From Eledone cirrhosa (Eukaryota), in contig OZ024741.1 in assembly GCA_964016885.1 (NCBI GenBank), forward strand, positions 4,836,001-4,900,000: DNA of 64,000 nt, given 5' to 3'. This document shows, piece by piece, positions 56,458 to 64,000 of this stretch; the stretch's first letter is position 1; each line of letters starts with the position of its first letter. The notes below the pieces were generated by a model, which saw nothing but the letters and a program-made list of their open reading frames with translations, made no database searches and was not told where the DNA came from. A program made the translations under genes and the position numbers.

Positions 56458-58296
56458 AGAGATAGTTGTGATGTCATTGGAGAGAAGTGTATCCGGAATG
56501 ATAAAGGTGAGCTTGCCCTCACAAGTGCTGAGAAGAAAGATGCATGGAAGAGTCATTATGATAGATTACTAAATGAGGAGAATGCATGGGAAGAAGAGAC
56601 CCTACCCCACGTAGACCCTATAGAGGGACCAGCAGTACATGTCAGCGGCAGCGTAGTAAGTAAGGCAATCAGAGATATGAAGATAGGGAAGGCAACCGGT
56701 CCATCAGGTATAGCTGCCGAGATGCTGAAGGCATCTGGGTCTGTAGGTCACACTATAACCACACGTATCGTTAACCAGGTAATACTAGAGGGGGCCATAC
56801 CAAAAGATTGGTGCAGTAGCATCATTGTCAACTGCTACAAAGGTAAAGGCGATGCACTAGATAGAGGAAACTATAGAGGTATAAAGTTGATGGACCAGGT
56901 CATGAAAGTAACAGAAAGAGTTATAGCACAGCTGATTAGGGACCGGGTGAATATAGACGAGATGCAATTTGGGTTTGTACCAGGGAAAGGCACCACTGAT
57001 GCCCTCTTCCTTGTGAGGCAATTACAGGAAAAGTACCTAGCTAAAAGTAAGCCACTCTACTTGGCATTTGTCGACCTTGAGAAAGCCTTTGACAGAGTTC
57101 CACGTGCAGTAATCTGGTGGGCTCTTAGAAAACTAGGAGTAGATGAATGGCTTGTGAAAGCGGTACAAGCCATGTATAGGGGAGCAGTCAGCAAAGTTAG
57201 GATTGGCAATGAGTATAGCGAGGAATTTAGCGTACAGGTTGGGGTCCACCAGGGCTCTGTTCTTAGCCCTCTCCTGTTCATCATAGTCCTGCAGGCAATA
57301 ACGGAGGAGTTTAAGACCAGATGCCCATGGGAACTCCTGTATGTTGATGACCTCGCACTCATAGCTGAATCTATGGTAGAACTAGAGAATAAATTCCAAA
57401 CCTGGAAGCAGGGACTAGAGAGAAAGGGCCTCAAAGTCAACATGACAAAGACTAAGGTCCTTATAAGTAGACGAGAAAACAGAACCCAGATCCCCTCAGG
57501 GAAATGGCCTTGCTCAGTATGTAGGAAAGGTGTAGGTAGGAACTCCATTCTCTGCCCCAAATGCAAACAATGGGTACACAAGAGATGTAGCGGGATCTCA
57601 GGAAGCTTAATTAAGAATGTAGGATTCACATGCAGCAGCTGTGCTGAAACAGCAAGCAAACAGCCACAGGAAACAAGTACCACCAATCTCTGGGAGGGCC
57701 CTGTAGAAACAGTAGACAGCTTCTGCTACCTAGGTGACCGAATTAGCAACGGAGGTGGGTGCTCAGAAAGTACAATAACTAGGGTAAGAACGGGATGGAA
57801 GAAGTTTAGGGAACTACTACCACTGCTAGCTGCAAAAGGCTTCTCCCTCAGAATGAAAGGCAGAAATGCGTGTATCCGAACAGCGATGTTGCATGGTAGT
57901 GAGACCTGGGCGCTGAAGGTGGAAGACCTACGTAGATTAGAGAGAAACGAAGCCTGCATGCTCCGATGGATGTGTAACAGTAATATACGTGAACGACAAA
58001 GCATAAAGGAATTGAGAGAGAGACTGAGCATAAGAGGAATCAAATGCTGCGTGCAGGAGAGGCGGTTACGCTGGTATGGACATGTGATGCGTATGAAGGA
58101 TGACAGCTGCATAAAAAGGTGCAGAGCACTAGAAGTTGATGGAAACCGCGGAGTGGGGAGACCCAAGATGACTTGGGATGAGGTGATAAAAGCCGACCTT
58201 ACCCAACTACACCTCTCAAAGTCAATGACACACGACCGTGACTTCTGGCGTCACGCAGTAATACAGGGTACCCGACCTCCCATGGGTACATGCTGA
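56458..58296 (+). CDS. RTE reverse transcriptase (partial, open frame) with an internal PHD finger
   Basis: Motifs [54 protein letters not shown]4HC3 finger, FCYLG, GSETW and [11 protein letters not shown]. The true 5' start is absent. Confidence 0.88.
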   Translation, partial: RDSCDVIGEKCIRNDKGELALTSAEKKDAWKSHYDRLLNEENAWEEETLPHVDPIEGPAVHVSGSVVSKAIRDMKIGKATGPSGIAAEMLKASGSVGHTITTRIVNQVILEGAIPKDWCSSIIVNCYKGKGDALDRGNYRGIKLMDQVMKVTERVIAQLIRDRVNIDEMQFGFVPGKGTTDALFLVRQLQEKYLAKSKPLYLAFVDLEKAFDRVPRAVIWWALRKLGVDEWLVKAVQAMYRGAVSKVRIGNEYSEEFSVQVGVHQGSVLSPLLFIIVLQAITEEFKTRCPWELLYVDDLALIAESMVELENKFQTWKQGLERKGLKVNMTKTKVLISRRENRTQIPSGKWPCSVCRKGVGRNSILCPKCKQWVHKRCSGISGSLIKNVGFTCSSCAETASKQPQETSTTNLWEGPVETVDSFCYLGDRISNGGGCSESTITRVRTGWKKFRELLPLLAAKGFSLRMKGRNACIRTAMLHGSETWALKVEDLRRLERNEACMLRWMCNSNIRERQSIKELRERLSIRGIKCCVQERRLRWYGHVMRMKDDSCIKRCRALEVDGNRGVGRPKMTWDEVIKADLTQLHLSKSMTHDRDFWRHAVIQGTRPPMGTC

Positions 58297-58596
58297 AGCA
58301 TATAAACAATATGCCCCCCCCCCCCCCACCCACCGCAAGGTGGTCGTGGAGGTGCCACGGCAAAAAAGCACCCAGCCCACACTGTAAAGTGGACGTGTAG
58401 GCGCCACGAAAAAGCACCCAGCACTCACTGTAAATGAGGTTGGTGTTAGGAAGGGCATCCAGCTGTAGAAATGAAGCCAGATCAGTTCCTGTATGAGCAA
58501 GGCATGGTCAGCCGACCAGACACTGCCCACAACAGGACAACCCGTCTAACCCATGCTAGCGTGGAAGAACGGACGTAAAACGGTGATGATGATGAT
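56458..58596 (+). mobile_element. RTE-clade LINE, 5'-truncated (endonuclease missing), with 3' UTR and (GAT)n tail
   Basis: Open RT ORF followed by a 3' UTR containing GGTTGGTGTTAGGAAGGGCATCCAGC and a GAT tail. Confidence 0.93.
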
Positions 58597-58655
58597 ATGT
58601 ATATATTTTTAAAAAAAATAAGACTTCAGTTGCATTTTCGATTTCATCTCTTTTT

Positions 58656-58753
<98 letters not shown>

Positions 58754-58827
58754 TTATATGTATATATATATCTATATATATATTGGCAACATGACCCTCC
58801 CAAAGTATAACAATATATATACATACA

Positions 58828-58865
<38 letters not shown>

Positions 58866-58886
58866 CATATGTAGATATATATATAC

Positions 58887-58941
<55 letters not shown>

Positions 58942-58942
58942 C

Positions 58943-58981
<39 letters not shown>

Positions 58982-59020
58982 CATATGTATATATATATAT
59001 ATATACATATGTATATATAT

Positions 59021-59069
<49 letters not shown>

Positions 59070-59085
59070 CATGTGTTTATATATA

Positions 59086-59692
59086 TGGTGGCTGCCAACT
59101 CGTTTTCGAGTACGGCCACTACTTTATATCCATGTAGGAGAACTCCTACCGATGCGCTGAACGAGTGTGACTTTTTTGTCCAGCCAGCGACTTGAAAACT
59201 CTGGTACAAACACTACAATTGTGACAATTATTGACACATAGTGCTGGGCCCTTGGTACCATGTGATGACAAGTGCAGAGAGATCTCCAGATATAAAGCAA
59301 TGCCTGTGCCGTGAAGCTTTTATAGTGAGCAAAGGCACTGCACAAAGCCAGTCCCACTCTCTTGACCAAGATGATATTTACCAAAAAGAAGAACAAGTCA
59401 ACATCATTGGATACCATCAGGGTTGCATGTGCTATATCAGAGTTTTCCTTCTCTTAGAATTCTGCCTTGACAAAGGCTAAGGGGTCATCTCTCCCGGTGA
59501 TTTTGGATGGCCATTGACTCTTAAGAGCTCCTTTGCCCTTTGACAGGTTTTGTTTTTAGTCCTGCAGGATATCCAAAGTCACCCTCCTCACCAAGAAACC
59601 TTGGTGGGGTTGCCAGTTTAGTCGCCAACGACCCGACCATGAGACAGGTTGTACTGGGATACATGTTACCAGTAGCACCTGGTGACCTGACA
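59086..59692 (-). mobile_element. Non-coding repeat resembling an RTE-type 5' UTR (uncertain)
   Basis: GC-richer island between TA tracts. The minus strand has TCTAAGAGAAGGAAAACTCTGA, which I recall from RTE 5' UTRs but cannot verify here, and several hairpins at its 5' end. Confidence 0.4.
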
Positions 59693-59722
59693 TATGTATA
59701 TATATATATATATATACATACA

Positions 59723-59758
<36 letters not shown>

Positions 59759-59759
59759 C

Positions 59760-59796
<37 letters not shown>

Positions 59797-59797
59797 C

Positions 59798-59840
<43 letters not shown>

Positions 59841-59841
59841 C

Positions 59842-59880
<39 letters not shown>

Positions 59881-60427
59881 CATATCTATATATATATATA
59901 TATATACATACATATCTATATATATATACATACATATTTATATATATATATATACATACATATATGTATATATATATATACATACATATCTATATATATA
60001 TATATACATACATATATGTACATATATATATACATACATATATGTATATATATATATACATACATATATTTATATATATATATACATATATGTATATATA
60101 TATATATACATACATATGTATATATATATATATATATATACATACATACATATGTATATATATATATATACATACATACATATGTATATATATATATATA
60201 CATACATACATATGTATATATATATATACATACATATCTATATATATATATATACATACATATATGTATATATATATATACATACATAAATGTATATATA
60301 TATACATACATATATGTATATATATATACATACATATATGTATATATATATATATATACATATATGTATATATATACATATATATGTATATATATACATA
60401 TATATATGTATATATGTATATATATAC

Positions 60428-60458
<31 letters not shown>

Positions 60459-60681
60459 TGTATATATATATATATGCATATATATACATATGTATACATA
60501 TATATACAATATATATACATATTTATGTATATATATGCATATATATATGTATATATATGCATATATATGTAAACATATACATATATATGCATGCATATAT
60601 ATGTAAATATATACATATATATGCATATATATGTATATATATATGTATATATATATACATATATATAAATATATATATATA
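59693..60681. repeat. Compound (TA)n/(CATA)n microsatellite
   Basis: Direct inspection. Confidence 0.95.
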
Positions 60682-60769
60682 TAGTAAAAATAATAAATTT
60701 GAAGACTATAATCCAAAGAGGGCTCGATAAGGATAAATATATATCAAATATATAAGAACCGTAGAGCAA

Positions 60770-60989
60770 ATATTTATTAAAATAACAGATTAAAGTTTAA
60801 GCAAAGAATCGCTGCTTTCACCCTTAACGGGATCTTCTGAAACTAACAAAGTCAATCTGTAAACGCAGAACTGGATATTTAAAAAAACGTTGCAACCGGA
60901 GGAAAGACAGGAAGTCGATACTTTGGTTCGTGGTAACGTTCGCTGGCAAATTCTTTGCTTAAACTTTAATCTGTTATTTTAATAAATAT
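60770..60989. repeat. Perfect 40-bp inverted repeats around a 140-bp spacer
   Basis: ATATTTATTAAAATAACAGATTAAAGTTTAAGCAAAGAAT at 60770-60809 and its exact reverse complement at 60950-60989. Confidence 0.9.
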
Positions 60990-61134
60990 ATATATGTATA
61001 TATATATATGTATATATATACATATATATGTATATATATACATATATATGCATATATATGTATATATATACATATATATGCATATATATGTATATATATA
61101 TACATATATATCCATATATATGTATACATATCTA

Positions 61135-61424
61135 TCTATCTAAGGCGGGTAAAATTCCCGAGATCCATGGACGAGTTCTCTCCAGCGGTCTCTATCCCTC
61201 ATTATCGCTGCCATGTCCTGCGTCTCCAAGAGACCAGTGTCTGTCCTTAGGGCATCAACATACATTAACCTTGGTCTTCCTCTTCTAGTGTGTCCATGTA
61301 GCGGCTCCCGAAGGAGCACTGAGTGCAATGTCAACTCTGGATGTCGGTGAGCATGTCCAGCTAACCTCAGTCTCCTCTGTGTCACTTTTGAGCTGACTTT
61401 TGGGATGCTGCCATACAGCTCTGA
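61135..61424 (-). mobile_element. 3' fragment of a distinct RTE/RTE-X-like LINE
   Basis: [27 protein letters not shown]...[17 protein letters not shown]...MRDRDRWR, with a stop at 61140. Confidence 0.8.
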
Positions 61425-61559
61425 AATGTATACATATATATAAATATATATGTATATATATACATATATATGCATGTATATGTATATATATATACATATA
61501 TATGCATGTATATGTATATATATACATATATATGTATATATATATACATATATATGTAT

Positions 61560-61702
61560 GGAGGCACATGGCTTAGTGGTTAGAGCATTGGCCTTACAAT
61601 CGAAAGGTTGTGAGTTCAATTCTCAGACCGGGTGATGTGTTGTTTCCTTGAGCAAGACACTTTATTTCACATTGCTCCAGTTTACTCAGCTGTAGAAATG
61701 AG
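61560..61702 (+). mobile_element. tRNA-derived SINE, 5' part
   Basis: A box TGGCTTAGTGG (61569-61579), B box GAGTTCAATTC (61612-61622), then a CORE/V-domain-like CCTTGAGCAAGACACTT. Confidence 0.8.
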
Positions 61703-61730
61703 ATGATAGAGACTGGAGTCCATATCATTC

Positions 61731-61910
61731 CACTGCAAAGTGGTCGTGGAGGTGCCACGGCAAAAAAAAGCAGCCAGCACTCACTGTAAATGAGGTTGGT
61801 GTTAGGAAGGGCATCCAGCTGTAGAAATCAAGCCAGAATCAGTTCCCGTCCCACCCTTGCAAGCAGGGAAAAAGCGGACGTAAAAATGAAGTGATGAATG
61901 ATGAATGATG
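61731..61910 (+). mobile_element. RTE-related 3' UTR/tail fragment
   Basis: Matches ~58331-58480 (GTGGTCGTGGAGGTGCCACGGCAAAAAA...GTTAGGAAGGGCATCCAGCTGTAGAAAT), with a different tail ending in GATGAATGATG. Confidence 0.8.
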
Positions 61911-61974
61911 TATATATATACATATATACATATATATATACACATATATATATATATACATATATATATATAAA

Positions 61975-62337
61975 GTTGTATTTTTGAATATTTAAGTGGC
62001 TGCTACGCCGTCCCTGAACAACAAATGCAAAATATAAAGCCATTAAAGGATGTGCAATGATAAATTCTATTTTGCTTTAAAATTTGAATGAAATCGGTGC
62101 CAAAATGTGGGACCTAGAGCCAAAAATCTATTTTTCGATACCTAAAAAAAGGTGACCCCCACTATCGATTTTTATCTGCAGAATGACCCCGGAATAAAGA
62201 AAAACATACGCTGATATATAGAAAACACTCCCCGATGACTAATCTATGAGCCTGTAAAGTTTCATGAAAATCGGTTGTAAGATGTAGGTCCCTATAGGTA
62301 ATACACACACATACTTAATTTTATATATATACAGATG
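61975..62337 (+). mobile_element. Lep1-like non-autonomous Helitron remnant (left boundary uncertain)
   Basis: AAAGTTTCATGAAAATCGGTTG, an internal paralog AAATTTGAATGAAATCGG, a short CA microsatellite and terminal TTTTATATATATACAGAT. The resemblance is judged from memory of the family architecture. Confidence 0.5.
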
Positions 62338-62694
62338 TACATATATATATGTATATATATATATATCAGTTATCCCAGTTTCCTAAGTTGCCTTCTTCTA
62401 TAAAACATGCCGCTCAGTAACCGATGATGTTGATCTTTTCTTCTTTTCGGGTTATAGCTACTGTCGCTTAGAGAGTGGGATTGGCTCAGTGCACAGTCTT
62501 TCTTCACTTTAAAAATATCTTCACGCACAGGCATTGCACGATAGAATTAATTAATTATTATTAATAATGGTATATCGTGCAATGGTCATACTCGATAACG
62601 AGGGGGCAGCCTTCATATATATATATGTATACCTATGCAAGCGTGGAAGATGGACATTGAACGATGATGATGATATATATATATATATATATGT

Positions 62695-63285
62695 ATAACT
62701 TTGATAACTTTCGGCCAATATTGGCCCAGGCCATGTCTAACTTAATAGCACCATCTGGCGAAGTCTTACAAATCAGTGTTTCGGCATCATGGCCCACTCG
62801 AGCAGAGAGTTACTGTTTACGGAGGCATATCCAGGTGTAGGAGGCTTATCCGGGATTTCTTGAAGGAATTTATCCAAAGACTTCTTGAACTTGATGGGAT
62901 CTGTCTCTGCTTTGATGTGTTTTGGTGTAATGTTAAAGAGTGCAGGGCCAATTGAGATGAAATAATTGTGCCGTATTGTTGTTATGAGATGCGAGTGAGA
63001 TTTTTGTTGTGGGTAGATAGCACGGGGCCCAAGCCTTGGGTGTACACTAAAGGTGATGCCAACATCATTTGGGCTAAGCTGATGGAATATTTTCCACATC
63101 ATACAGATAATGTAGCGCTCACAGCGACGTTGGAGAGAATAAAGTTTGAGATTTTCTAATCGACCCCAAAAGTCAAGGCCTGTCATGCCATCTATCTTTT
63201 TTGTAATTGACCTTTGGGGTGCTTCAACTTTCATGATACTTTGTTTCGTGTGGGGTGACCACAGTGCACAACAGTATTCAAGGTG
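62695..63285 (-). mobile_element. CR1 LINE 3' fragment, same family as 46410-49518
   Basis: [19 protein letters not shown]...[11 protein letters not shown]...[12 protein letters not shown], with the same 3' UTR and CAAAGTTAT repeats. Confidence 0.92.
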
Positions 63286-63317
63286 TATATATATATACAT
63301 ATGTATGTATATATGTG

Positions 63318-63379
<62 letters not shown>

Positions 63380-63761
63380 TATATATATGTATGTATATAT
63401 ATATATATGTATGTATATATATATATGTATGTATATATATATATGTATGTATATATATATATGTATGTATATATATATATGTATGTATATATATATATGT
63501 ATGTATATATATATGTATGTATATATATATGTATGTATATATGTATGTATATATATATATGTATGTATATATATATATGTGTGTATGTATATATATATAT
63601 GTATGTATATATATATGTATGTATGTATATATATGTATGTATGTATATGTATGTATGTATGTATATATATATATGTATGTATGTATATATATGTATGTAT
63701 ATGTATATATATGTATGTATATATATATATATGTATGTATATATGTATGTATATATGTATG

Positions 63762-63792
<31 letters not shown>

Positions 63793-64000
63793 ATATATAT
63801 ATATGTATGTATATATATATGTATGTATATATATATATATGTATGTATATATATATGTATGTATATATATATATATGTATGTATATATATATATATGTAT
63901 GTATATATATATATGTATGTGTATATATATATATATGTATGTATATATATATATATATATGTATGTATATATATATATATATATGTATGTATATATATAT
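63286..64000. repeat. (TA)n/(TATG)n microsatellite running to the window end
   Basis: Direct inspection. Confidence 0.95.

Noticed and set aside
61560-61632. tRNA gene
   Set aside because: A and B boxes are present, but the acceptor stem does not pair and a SINE body follows.
62533-62585. Hairpin CATTGCACGATA...TATCGTGCAATG
   Set aside because: It is a real 12-bp inverted repeat, but isolated and without a ribozyme core or element boundary I can support.

Overview
Eukaryotic, very AT-rich and repeat-saturated DNA. The repeat repertoire resembles a cephalopod (octopus-like) genome, which is my inference. Bases 1-33022 are one satellite array of a 17-bp monomer (CTGTAACTGTAGTTATA) organised into ~5.1-5.9-kb higher-order repeats. 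It ends abruptly ~95 bp before a plausible terminal coding exon. Bases 33-64 kb are long (TA)n-type microsatellite tracts separating retroelement pieces: a near-complete CR1-type LINE (APE + RT, minus strand), RTE-type LINEs with a PHD finger inside the RT plus many copies of their 3' UTR, a tRNA-derived SINE and a Lep1-like Helitron remnant. The most notable unannotated signal is a cluster of type I hammerhead ribozyme motifs from several unrelated non-coding repeat families. Five motifs look structurally intact, three of them with the U3-A8 core covariant, and most lie in or beside head-to-head fold-back repeats typical of Penelope-like elements/retrozymes. Nearly all Tyr/Ile-rich ORFs in the track are microsatellite artefacts.
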